This document shows positions 8,791 through 17,112 of a stretch of 29,656 nt of DNA, piece by piece. How positions within the stretch are numbered: position 1 is the first letter of the stretch; each line of letters starts with the position of its first letter. The notes beneath the pieces are model-generated. The model made no database searches. It worked only from the letters and a program-made list of their open reading frames with translations, and was not told the origin of the DNA. The position numbers were made by a program, and so were the translations under genes. Origin of the DNA: Candidatus Poseidoniaceae archaeon (GTDB taxonomy: Archaea; Thermoplasmatota; Poseidoniia; Poseidoniales; Poseidoniaceae); assembly GCA_965662895.1 (NCBI GenBank), contig CBFIJH010000018.1, positions 1 to 29,656 on the forward strand. The letters run 5' to 3'.

Positions 8791-9189
8791 TCATACAATC
8801 TGTTTCGCTGTTGCAGCGATACGAGGCCAACGCTCTGCAGCCTCACGAGAAACTGGGCCTTTGATATCGGACCCTTGTACTTCACCTTTGAGATTGGTAA
8901 TAACACAAGCATTGTCTTCAAATTGGACCCACGTTCCATCAGCACGGCGGAACGGACGACGCTGTCGAATAATCACAGCATTGAACATTTGTCGACGGGT
9001 GTCTGGCGTTCCTCTCTTGACAGAAACTTTGGTCATGTCTCCAACGCCACCAGCAGGATATCGGCGCATGGTTCCGCCGAGTTTGATAACGTTGACAATC
9101 TGAACGATTTTGGCACCGGTGTTGTCAGCAACATGCAACCGAGCCATGGTTGGAAGGCCTCGGGTTTGACGACCTGCAACTCCACGCAT
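8791..9189 (-). CDS. rpl14: 50S ribosomal protein uL14
   Basis: ADNTGAK, AVIIRQRRPFRRADG, FEDNACVI, IKGPVSREAAERWPRIA. Confidence 0.97.
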   Translation of the reverse strand: MRGVAGRQTRGLPTMARLHVADNTGAKIVQIVNVIKLGGTMRRYPAGGVGDMTKVSVKRGTPDTRRQMFNAVIIRQRRPFRRADGTWVQFEDNACVITNLKGEVQGSDIKGPVSREAAERWPRIAATAKQIV

Positions 9190-9530
9190 CAGGCTTCACC
9201 CCCTGTCTTCTCGATAACACAGAATGAGACCGTCTTGGAAAGAGGTCGACATTCCATGACGCGGACGGTGTCGCCGATTTCGACTTCACCAATGCAGCTT
9301 GGAAGATGTGCGCTTAGCGAGCTGGTTCGCTTTTCGAATCGCTCGTATTTCTTCATGTAACGAACGTTGTTTCGCTCAATTGTGATCGTCTTTTGCATAC
9401 CAACACCTGAAACAACGCCCTCGAACATTTGTCCGCGTAGACGCAGGCTTCCATAGAACGGGCAGTTTTCATCCCCATCCCATTCACCAGTTGGTGTTTT
9501 TACATCAATTCCGATTTCTACCATGTTCAT
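9189..9530 (-). CDS. rps17: 30S ribosomal protein uS17
   Basis: DENCPFYGSLRLRG, KYERFEKRTS, ECRPLSKTVSF. Confidence 0.97.
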   Translation of the reverse strand: MNMVEIGIDVKTPTGEWDGDENCPFYGSLRLRGQMFEGVVSGVGMQKTITIERNNVRYMKKYERFEKRTSSLSAHLPSCIGEVEIGDTVRVMECRPLSKTVSFCVIEKTGGEA

Positions 9531-9784
9531 GCCTCTTTGTAGTTGCGGCTAATTCGATCTTCAGGTCGTTGCCGCAGGGACGACCCTGAAAGGACGGTTG
9601 TTCCGTCATTGAGTGTGAATTGAATCGATGCTTTTCCGAAAACGCGCACATGGCCGTTTTCGACGACTGTCACCGTTTTTTGTGTCTCATCGGCGACGTT
9701 TCCAGAACGACCGACAAGCGTTGGGTCTGTGGATGCTACAACGGTCAGCAATTGACCAATCCAGGTTGTGTTCATCTCCGTCAT
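9527..9784 (-). CDS. rnp1: ribonuclease P protein subunit Rpp29 (P1/Pop4)
   Basis: IGQLLTVVASTDPTLVGRSGNVADETQKT ... RPEDRI; canonical position between aIF1 and S17. Confidence 0.88.
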   Translation of the reverse strand: MTEMNTTWIGQLLTVVASTDPTLVGRSGNVADETQKTVTVVENGHVRVFGKASIQFTLNDGTTVLSGSSLRQRPEDRISRNYKEA

Positions 9785-10084
9785 TCATCTCACCTCCACA
9801 TTGAATCCGTTGTTTCGTAGTACGTTTGCTGCCTTCTTTTTGTGATCGCCTTGAAGTTCAATAACTCGACCCTTGACAGTTCCTCCAGCAGCACATTTGT
9901 TTTTGAGTAATTTTGCTAATTCGTTGATGTCGATTGCGACGTCGTCAATCCCTTCGACTTTGGTTACGATTTTTCCGTATCTCCTTCGGTCTGTGGACAA
10001 GATTGCTCGTTGTTGTTCCTTTGCAATTTCTTGGCAGATGCAGAGTTCGTCAGGCAAACCACATACACCACAAATTGCCGCCAT
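9785..10084 (-). CDS. sui1: translation initiation factor aIF1 (SUI1 family)
   Basis: CGVCGLPDELCIC, RRYGKIVT, LKNKCAAGGTVK, IELQGDH. Confidence 0.95.
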   Translation of the reverse strand: MAAICGVCGLPDELCICQEIAKEQQRAILSTDRRRYGKIVTKVEGIDDVAIDINELAKLLKNKCAAGGTVKGRVIELQGDHKKKAANVLRNNGFNVEVR

Positions 10085-10108
10085 AGTCGTTCATCACCTC
10101 GTGTTCAT

Positions 10109-10303
10109 TCAGTTGTTTCCTAGATGTGTCTTAATCCGTGCAATACTTCGTCGGGTTGCTTTGTATGCACCCATGTTGGACGGCGTACCACCAAGCGCTT
10201 TTTCGGCTTGCAGTTGGAGTAGTTCATCTTGCAATTCGAGCAAACGGGCTTCAAGAGCTTCTCGGCTCATTGCAGCAATGTCTCGATTTCGAACATGACT
10301 CAC
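10109..10303 (-). CDS. rpl29: 50S ribosomal protein uL29
   Basis: IAAMSREALEARLLELQDEL ... RRSIARIKT; GTG start overlapping the S3 stop. Confidence 0.9.
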   Translation of the reverse strand: MSHVRNRDIAAMSREALEARLLELQDELLQLQAEKALGGTPSNMGAYKATRRSIARIKTHLGNN

Positions 10304-10986
10304 TCTTCCACCTCCTCGGTGGTAACTTCGCCTTCCTCACCTTGTGCTTCACGAATCTTCAATTCTTCATCTGAGAAAATCGAAATCTCGTGTGGAAGGC
10401 GAGTATTGGCTCGCATGATTTCAACGGTAACACCAATCGTTCCGAGTTTACGGACTGCAACAGCATATCCCTTGTCCATGTGTTGGAGTGCTGTTTCACC
10501 ACAATACTTGACGTGACCCATAATGAATTTCTGAGTTCGGTTACGTGATCCTGTGAGTTTACCAGCAACAGTGACGATGACGCCACGGGCACCAGCGGAC
10601 ATGATGTTCTCTGCAGCGCTGTTACCAGCACGACGGTAATACCAGCCACGCTCGAGTGCAGATGCAATCTTTTCAGCCATAACTTGAGCGTTCAGTGTTG
10701 AATCGGATGACTTGATTTCTTCGACCTTAAGTTGAGGTTCGAACAAGTCGAACTCGCTCTTCAGTCGACTTTCAAGTTCCTTGATGATTTTTCCTTTTCG
10801 TCCAATGACGAGACCTGGTCGTTCTGCGTGAACAGTGACCTCAGTACCGTTTGGTGTACGCTTGATGTCCAATCCGCCGAATCCAGAACGCTTTGTGTTC
10901 TTCATCAAGAATTCCTTGACAAGATGACGCTCGACATTTCGGTCGACAATTGCTTTAACTGTACTTTTCTTACCTGCCATCATCAT
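10300..10986 (-). CDS. rps3: 30S ribosomal protein uS3
   Basis: RPGLVIGRKGK (KH domain), LERGWYYRRAG, GARGV...GKLTGSR, KLGTIGVTV; start may be 10980. Confidence 0.97.
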   Translation of the reverse strand: MMMAGKKSTVKAIVDRNVERHLVKEFLMKNTKRSGFGGLDIKRTPNGTEVTVHAERPGLVIGRKGKIIKELESRLKSEFDLFEPQLKVEEIKSSDSTLNAQVMAEKIASALERGWYYRRAGNSAAENIMSAGARGVIVTVAGKLTGSRNRTQKFIMGHVKYCGETALQHMDKGYAVAVRKLGTIGVTVEIMRANTRLPHEISIFSDEELKIREAQGEEGEVTTEEVEE

Positions 10987-10991
10987 TCACC

Positions 10992-11591
10992 TCAGAAGTC
11001 ATCCTCCAACTCATCGTCGGTTGCGGTGAAATCTTCGAGGAAAATCTCGAGGTTCACCTGGTAGTGGTTGCTTGGTGTTGCACGTCCACGTGCACGTGGA
11101 ATCCATCCTCGACGGATTTGTCCACGGTGAGCGGCAACGTGTGTGATTTCCATGTCTTCTGGTTCAACATCGTCGTATTGGTGACGAGCGTTTTCCATTG
11201 CACTCTGAATGAGTTTGATGAAGGCACGGCTTGCCTTGACCGGGTATCGACCAGGTCCGACCTTACCCTTTCGGTGGCCGACCATCGATGGCCCAGATCG
11301 CTTGCGACGCTTGTTTCCGCTACCCAATCGATAGGGGACTGCAGTTGCTTTGCGACGGATGTCCTCACGATCGGAATCGATGAGAAGAACTTCGTTCAGG
11401 TACTCGACTGCTCGACCAGCGGTCATGCCTTTGATGGCACGAGCGACTTCGAAACAATGCTTGACGTGCATGTCAACATTGACAGCACGTGCTGTTGCGA
11501 GTCGGCTTCCCTGGAGAAGTTGTGTGTAACCACGTTGTGGGAGTTGTCGACGCTTTGTTCGACGGTCCATGTTTCGCTTGTTGCTCATCAT
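10992..11591 (-). CDS. rpl22: 50S ribosomal protein uL22
   Basis: EVARAIKGM, GHRKG..PGRYPVKAS, HVAAHRG, PRARGRATP; start after SD GAGGTG (11591 or 11588). Confidence 0.95.
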   Translation of the reverse strand: MMSNKRNMDRRTKRRQLPQRGYTQLLQGSRLATARAVNVDMHVKHCFEVARAIKGMTAGRAVEYLNEVLLIDSDREDIRRKATAVPYRLGSGNKRRKRSGPSMVGHRKGKVGPGRYPVKASRAFIKLIQSAMENARHQYDDVEPEDMEITHVAAHRGQIRRGWIPRARGRATPSNHYQVNLEIFLEDFTATDDELEDDF

Positions 11592-11598
11592 CTTCACC

Positions 11599-12090
11599 TC
11601 ACTTCAATGGTACGTGCTTCGATGAACGGGTAGCACCAACACCCGGCCCACTGTGGGCAACTCCACGTCGAGTGATTGCGAATTCTCCGAGGTAATGTCC
11701 AATCATCTCTGGTTTGACATCGACCTCAACAAAGTTTTGGCCGTTATGAACTGCGATGGTCTTACCAACAAATTCTGGGAGAATTGGCATGTCACGTCGA
11801 TGCGTACGGATTGTGTTTGTCTTGCTTCGCTTGACACGGTCTCGGAACTTCTCGTTTTGTTCTGAGAGTCCACGGAGAATTGAGCGTCGGACACGTGCAG
11901 GCAGGAGGCGGACAAGGTAATCCTCGGATCCTTCCTCTGGAATCATTGGCATGTTCACCAAAGTTTCAATGTCGTATCCACGGTACGTGAATTCTTTCTT
12001 TTGACGAGCCGTTGTGGTCGATAGTCGCTTACGCGCCTTTCGTCGGCTGGCCTTAGGGGTCATGAATGACTTCTTCTTCTTACGTCCCAT
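11599..12090 (-). CDS. rps19: 30S ribosomal protein uS19
   Basis: KEFTYRG, RTHRRDMPILPE, PEMIGHYLGEF, HSGPGVGATRSSKHVPLK. Confidence 0.97.
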   Translation of the reverse strand: MGRKKKKSFMTPKASRRKARKRLSTTTARQKKEFTYRGYDIETLVNMPMIPEEGSEDYLVRLLPARVRRSILRGLSEQNEKFRDRVKRSKTNTIRTHRRDMPILPEFVGKTIAVHNGQNFVEVDVKPEMIGHYLGEFAITRRGVAHSGPGVGATRSSKHVPLK

Positions 12091-12101
12091 ACATCAACAC
12101 C

Positions 12102-12818
12102 TCATACTCGCTTGCCGCGACCTCGGCCCGTGCGGCGTGGGGCAATCAATCCAACCTTGGCACCTGGTGGAGTGCTTCGGGCAACGGAGTTTGGTCCGTG
12201 GACAGCTTGGTGGTTTCCACCACCGTGCGGGTGATCCACAGGGTTCATGGCAACACCGCTAACATGCGGGAAGAGTTTACCACGAGCCTTAGCCTTGTAG
12301 TGCGCAGCACCTGCAGTTCGCAGTGGCATCTCATCACGACCGTGCCCAGCGAGCACACCAATGGTCGCTCGACAGTTACCAGACAGTTCCTTGAGGGAAC
12401 CGGATGGCATTCGAACACGGACTTTGTCACCAATCTTGGCTTCAACAATGCATGAGTTTCCAGCAGATCGAGCAACTTTGCCTCCATCACCTGGTCGAAG
12501 TTCGACGTTGTTGATGGCCGTTCCTTCAGGAATCTCTGAAAGGGATGTGATGTTGCCCGGTCGCAGAGAGACGTTGTCTCCAATTGCAATTTGGCTACCG
12601 ACTGAAACCCCTTCAGTGGCTACGACAAGTGTGGTGTCGCCATCTGGCAACTTCACGCGAGCCAATGGTGCGGTGTGAACTGGCGAGTGAACCAATTCTG
12701 TAACCTCACCAACCACGTCCATTTCCCGTGGCATTCTGTTTTCACCGGGGAATCGGTGGCTTGACACACGATACCGTGGTGATGATCCTTTGCGCTGTGC
12801 ACGAATTCTCTTACCCAT
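12102..12818 (-). CDS. rpl2: 50S ribosomal protein uL2
   Basis: MGKRIRAQRKG, RPGDGGKVARSAG, VSGVAMNPVDHPHGGGNHQ, GLIAPRRTG. Confidence 0.98.
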   Translation of the reverse strand: MGKRIRAQRKGSSPRYRVSSHRFPGENRMPREMDVVGEVTELVHSPVHTAPLARVKLPDGDTTLVVATEGVSVGSQIAIGDNVSLRPGNITSLSEIPEGTAINNVELRPGDGGKVARSAGNSCIVEAKIGDKVRVRMPSGSLKELSGNCRATIGVLAGHGRDEMPLRTAGAAHYKAKARGKLFPHVSGVAMNPVDHPHGGGNHQAVHGPNSVARSTPPGAKVGLIAPRRTGRGRGKRV

Positions 12819-12829
12819 AATTTCTCACC

Positions 12830-13087
12830 TCATAGAGCTCCCAAACGCATTGCTGCATCTTCAGCGTCGTAGCCTTCTGCCAATCGAACACTTGCATGCT
12901 TTCCATGCTTGGTGTTGCGAACGTTGACGGATGCCACCTCAACTTCGAAAATTGTTTCAATCGCTTGAGCGATTTGCTTCTTGGTTGCGGCACGTCGGAC
13001 AATGAACTCAAGACGGTTCTGTGTCGTTCGTGCTTCCATGGTCTTTTCAGTCAACCATGGCATGATGATGACCTCGTATGCATTCAT
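12830..13087 (-). CDS. rpl23: 50S ribosomal protein uL23
   Basis: PWLTEK, NRLEFIVRRAATKKQIAQAIE, VNVRNT, AMRLG. Confidence 0.95.
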   Translation of the reverse strand: MNAYEVIIMPWLTEKTMEARTTQNRLEFIVRRAATKKQIAQAIETIFEVEVASVNVRNTKHGKHASVRLAEGYDAEDAAMRLGAL

Positions 13088-13096
13088 GATATCACC

Positions 13097-13978
13097 TCAG
13101 TTGAGCGCCTCCACAGCGTCCTTGGTAAAGACGGTCAAGCGTCCAATATCGCCACCAGGAGCGAGGTCTTCTGCGCTGAGATCCTTTGCAGCGACGACAT
13201 CGACACCAGGAAGGTTTCGAGCAGCTTGCGCAAGACCAGCCTTCTCCTTGACGACCAAAAGTACAGACTTCGGCGTCTTGCGTACTCGTCCACGCATGGT
13301 TGCCTTACCAGCTCGAATCTTACGGTTTGAGCGAGCGCGGTGAAGATCGTGGCCTAGACCAAGTTCGTTGAAGATGGCCAGCACTTTACGAGTTGCAGAA
13401 CCATGATTGAACGTTTCGATGTTGTATTCTTCAGTCTTCCCATCGATTGTTTCAGTGTAATTGCCGAGAACGATTGGAAGGTGTTCGACGGATTCATCGA
13501 GTTGATGTCCACGAGCCATTACCAAATCCATATCGACGGTTGCGGAAAGAGCCGCATCACGGGCTGCACGGCGTTGCTTGGTGTTGAATTTGCGGGACCA
13601 GTTCTTCTCAACTTTTGGTCCATGAGCACGTCGTCCTCCGAGTGTGTGCGGGTTTTGAGCACCGCGTCGTTGTCCTGTACGGCGCATGATACGAGAGACA
13701 CCTCGTCCCTTACCCCACCACTCAACGGAGTGCTTCATACCTGCCATTGGTCGGCGCTTACCGACGTGTCGGCGTGAACCGTAGGCTTGTCGACGGTTGG
13801 CTCGGCTCGATGCAACTGCATCTCGAACAAGGTCTTCACGAACGGACTGGTTAAACGAATCCGGAAGGGTAACTTTGGACCCATCTTCAACGCTGATGTC
13901 AAAGACGCTCTGGAGTCGCCCAGCATCCATCTCGTCTTGGGTGATGGTGTTGCTGATGTTCTTGACGGCTACCTTCAT
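13097..13978 (-). CDS. rpl4: 50S ribosomal protein uL4
   Basis: VREDLVRDAV, WGKGRGVSRI, GGRRAHGPK, RAGKATMRGR, LAPGGDIGRLTVFT. Confidence 0.96.
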   Translation of the reverse strand: MKVAVKNISNTITQDEMDAGRLQSVFDISVEDGSKVTLPDSFNQSVREDLVRDAVASSRANRRQAYGSRRHVGKRRPMAGMKHSVEWWGKGRGVSRIMRRTGQRRGAQNPHTLGGRRAHGPKVEKNWSRKFNTKQRRAARDAALSATVDMDLVMARGHQLDESVEHLPIVLGNYTETIDGKTEEYNIETFNHGSATRKVLAIFNELGLGHDLHRARSNRKIRAGKATMRGRVRKTPKSVLLVVKEKAGLAQAARNLPGVDVVAAKDLSAEDLAPGGDIGRLTVFTKDAVEALN

Positions 13979-13980
13979 CC

Positions 13981-14997
13981 TCAGGCCCCCTGCTTGCTAC
14001 GTGTACTGACGTAGGTGATTTCGTACGGTTGTGGTTCCTCGTTGGAGCGCATTGCGTCACGGAAACGGATCAATCGCTTAGCAGGTCCAGGGACGCTACC
14101 CTTAACGAGGATGTAATCAGAGTTGACTTCACCATAGTGGAGGAATCCTCCGGATGGTGTGATTGTGTGCTCTTCAGGATTTGCAATGCGGAGCACGCGC
14201 TTGTTGAACTCGGTTCGCTGATGGTATCCTGTTTGGCCACCTTGACGGATGGTCTTTCGAACGTATCCTGTACCGAAGTCACCCATGTTCCCGTGTTGTC
14301 GGCGCTTCTTGGAGTTCTTGTGCGATTGGAGCTTACCACCAAATCGTCGGATAACACCTTGCCATCCGTATCCCTTGGTGACGGCAACGATATCGGTCAT
14401 GGCTCCTTCTTCGAAAGCATCAGTGAACGAAACTTCGTCACCGAGTCGCTCTTGGGCAAATGCGAGTTGGTCGCTTGCAGCACCGCCATCGAGTCCAACT
14501 TCCATGACTTCCGGTACCTTTGAAGGAGAACCGGATACGCTGGACGGTTGGGTTGCGACAATCAAGCGTACTTCGCAGAGGTCTTGCTTTCCGAGGTTCT
14601 CGAAATGCTTGTCTGCGTCATGGTTCTTTCGGTTTGATACACGATCGAAGATCTCTGGGAAGGAATCGGTAAGTGTTTCTGCATCGACCCACACTTCGCC
14701 AGCGGCTTGCTTACCGTATGGAGTCATACGGTATCCACGAACACCGAGAATGCGCATCTTTGGCACCTCGACGACAGTTACAGGAATTCGAATCTCCTGG
14801 CCTGCACTGGTTGATCGTGGGTTGAGGTCGCGGGCGAGAACGTGTGTCATTCCAGCCTTCCAACCTGCAAATCCTTGCATTCGTACTTCGCTTGCGTCAC
14901 TGGTCGGCCATGACTTAACGTGACCAAACGGTCGACTGGCCCGCTTGCGCGGGCTAAACGCCATGCTACCTCGACGTGGGTGGTTTCTTTTTGCCAT
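13981..14997 (-). CDS. rpl3: 50S ribosomal protein uL3
   Basis: PRRGSMAFSPRKRA, GWKAGMTH, TKGYGWQGVIRRFG, GQTGYHQRTEFNKR, KGSVPGPAKR; start at MAKRN after SD GGAGGAG. Confidence 0.98.
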   Translation of the reverse strand: MAKRNHPRRGSMAFSPRKRASRPFGHVKSWPTSDASEVRMQGFAGWKAGMTHVLARDLNPRSTSAGQEIRIPVTVVEVPKMRILGVRGYRMTPYGKQAAGEVWVDAETLTDSFPEIFDRVSNRKNHDADKHFENLGKQDLCEVRLIVATQPSSVSGSPSKVPEVMEVGLDGGAASDQLAFAQERLGDEVSFTDAFEEGAMTDIVAVTKGYGWQGVIRRFGGKLQSHKNSKKRRQHGNMGDFGTGYVRKTIRQGGQTGYHQRTEFNKRVLRIANPEEHTITPSGGFLHYGEVNSDYILVKGSVPGPAKRLIRFRDAMRSNEEPQPYEITYVSTRSKQGA

Positions 14998-15166
14998 ATT
15001 GGGCTCCTCCATTATTCTACAACACAGAGGCTCCGTAGAGCGTGCGAGGACTCTTCAGGCCGGGAGTAGCCGTGACACAGAGCGCCATTTCCACGAGTGG
15101 GAAACGGTGCCAGCGGGATCCGAGTGGATTGCCCAACGTGTCTGGCTGCTCACCCTTAGAGCAACC
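14998..15166 (-). promoter_or_regulatory. long structured 5' leader of the rpl3 operon (candidate ribosomal leader RNA)
   Basis: About 170 nt between TATA-like CATATAGG (15182-15189) and the rpl3 ATG, with several hairpins including two containing CCACUCG inside a GACAC/GUGUC closing stem. Confidence 0.5.
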
Positions 15167-15179
15167 TTCCGACTTTCCA

Positions 15180-15190
15180 CCCCTATATGA
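15180..15190 (-). promoter_or_regulatory. putative TATA box of the r-protein operon
   Basis: Minus strand TCATATAGGGG, same core as upstream of the 16S. Confidence 0.45.
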
Positions 15191-15285
15191 GTGGTTCGGT
15201 ACCAGAAGCAACTCAAAAGCAACGACGCAAGCAGGTTTTGTACGGCGCACATCATCCTTTTGAACCCTCGACTTTTCCTAAAATC

Positions 15286-17112
15286 ATGCCTGTCTTGCGC
15301 CATCCATTTCTCAAGGATGGAATCGAGGCACGTGCGTACCAAATCGCAGCAACACAAGCATGCGTGCAATGCTCGACACTCCTCGTAATGCCAACGGGTT
15401 TTGGGAAAACGGCGGTCCAATGGAACTGCATTGCAGACGCGCTCCAGTCAGGCGTTGAGAAAATTGTCATCACCGCACCGACGGTTGGTTTGGTTGAACA
15501 ACAACGGCGGATGATCGTCGAACGCATCGAAATTGATTCGAATGTGGTTCAGACATATACCGGAAGCAATCGTCCCATAAAACGAGGTGAGATTTGGAAC
15601 CAAGCCACCATTGTAATCGCCACCCCACAGGTCATTCGAAATGACGTGGATAGCGGTTTGATTCATTTGAAGGACGTCGGGCTGTTGATCATCGACGAAG
15701 CGCATCATGCCAAGGGCAACCACGCAACAGCCCAAGTCGCAGACAGGTACAAAGCTCAGTGCGAAAATCCGTGGCTTGTTGCAGCAACTGCAAGCCCTGG
15801 GTCAACACAGACAGCCATTCGGCAATTGTGGAATCGGCTCAATGTACATCGACTGTTCGTTGCAAAACGTGAGGATGACCTCCTCCAGCCTTATGCAGTG
15901 GACATGAATATTGCAACGATTCGTGTGATGCTTGATGCAACAACCGTCGCACTGATGGAACCGCTTGAAACCCACCAATTTGAGGAAACTGATGCGTTGA
16001 AACGCCAAGGCTTCCTTGCTCCAACGGAACATCTCACTGCCGGCCTTATCGAAGAAGCTGCACAGCGAGCGAGTATTGCTATTTCCCGGAAAGATCCTAG
16101 GGGCTATGATGCTGCTCGGCGTATTTCTGATGTTCGCCGGATGCATATGTTGCTCGACTTGCTGAAAACGCAGGGGTTGCGGTCAGCGCGTTCGTATTTG
16201 CAGCGTGCCGATGAGCAACTGCGAGCCGGTGAACGGTCAACCAGTCGATTTTTGAAGAAACACGTAATTCACAACTTCCGGCAAGCGACTGAAACGATGG
16301 ATGAGTGTCATCCAAAGTCAAAGATTGTCGCAGATCTTGTCGTCGAGCATCTCGAACAAAATCCTGATGACCGCATCCTTATCTTCAGTGAATACAGAGA
16401 CACAGTGGATCATCTTGTTCACGATTTGAATCGTATCCCCGGCGCTATTGTCGACCGGTTCATTGGCCAAAGCAAGCGTGGAAAGCGCGAAGGTATGACG
16501 CAGAAACAGCAACTCGCTCAATTGGAGCGATTTCGAAATGGTGAGATCAACGTCCTCGTGGCGACCTCCGTTGGTGAAGAAGGGTTGGATGTTCCATCCG
16601 CATCGATGGTTCTGTTCTACGAACCCGTTCCAAGTGCCATCCGGGCGATTCAACGGAGAGGTCGAACCGCTCGTGAGCGAAGCGGTTCAGTGCACGTTCT
16701 TGTTGCCAACAACACCCGCGATATTCACGTGCTTTATGCATCTAGGAATCGCGAAAAACGAATGCACAAGGTTCTGGCACGAATGCGTCTTGAAACACCA
16801 CTCGGCGCATACAAGAAACGAAAGGAAGGAAAGTTGCTTGATTTCGATATTGTTGAAGAAGGTTCCACACAAGGAGCGATCGAATTCTTGGACTCAGAAC
16901 GCGTTCGTCTGAAATCTATAGAAAAGGAGGCAGAAGAGAAGAGCGAAGCGACAACTTCAGCAGACAACGAGTCGCTACCAACACGGAAGCTGCACACACG
17001 TGCACGTTCACAGAAGAGCCTGTTTGATTTCGAAGAGAATGCACCCGACCCGTGGAAACCAGTCCTTGACGGTCGAACTTCATCCACCGATGATCATCGC
17101 TCGAGTTCGTAG
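15286..17112 (+). CDS. hef: Hef/FANCM/Mph1-family SF2 DEAH helicase, no C-terminal ERCC4 nuclease domain
   Basis: HPFLK..IEARAYQ, PTGFGKT, DEAHH, TASPG, HPK, IFSEYRDT, GMTQKQQ, ATSVGEEGLDVP, FYEPVPSAIRAIQRRGRTAR; C-terminal QKSLFDF PIP-like motif. Confidence 0.92.
   Translation: MPVLRHPFLKDGIEARAYQIAATQACVQCSTLLVMPTGFGKTAVQWNCIADALQSGVEKIVITAPTVGLVEQQRRMIVERIEIDSNVVQTYTGSNRPIKRGEIWNQATIVIATPQVIRNDVDSGLIHLKDVGLLIIDEAHHAKGNHATAQVADRYKAQCENPWLVAATASPGSTQTAIRQLWNRLNVHRLFVAKREDDLLQPYAVDMNIATIRVMLDATTVALMEPLETHQFEETDALKRQGFLAPTEHLTAGLIEEAAQRASIAISRKDPRGYDAARRISDVRRMHMLLDLLKTQGLRSARSYLQRADEQLRAGERSTSRFLKKHVIHNFRQATETMDECHPKSKIVADLVVEHLEQNPDDRILIFSEYRDTVDHLVHDLNRIPGAIVDRFIGQSKRGKREGMTQKQQLAQLERFRNGEINVLVATSVGEEGLDVPSASMVLFYEPVPSAIRAIQRRGRTARERSGSVHVLVANNTRDIHVLYASRNREKRMHKVLARMRLETPLGAYKKRKEGKLLDFDIVEEGSTQGAIEFLDSERVRLKSIEKEAEEKSEATTSADNESLPTRKLHTRARSQKSLFDFEENAPDPWKPVLDGRTSSTDDHRSSS

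Noticed and set aside
14998-15250. RNase P RNA or SRP RNA in the rpl3-hef spacer (GGAAAGTC and GGAAGG..AGCAG-like strings)
   Set aside because: No complete P4 pairing or 3' CR-V motif, no proper SRP helix 8, and short; better explained as a leader. Infernal would settle it
15187-15285. Longer N-terminus for Hef given in the ORF track
   Set aside because: It overlaps the divergent promoter region; family similarity begins at MPVLRHPFL (15286)
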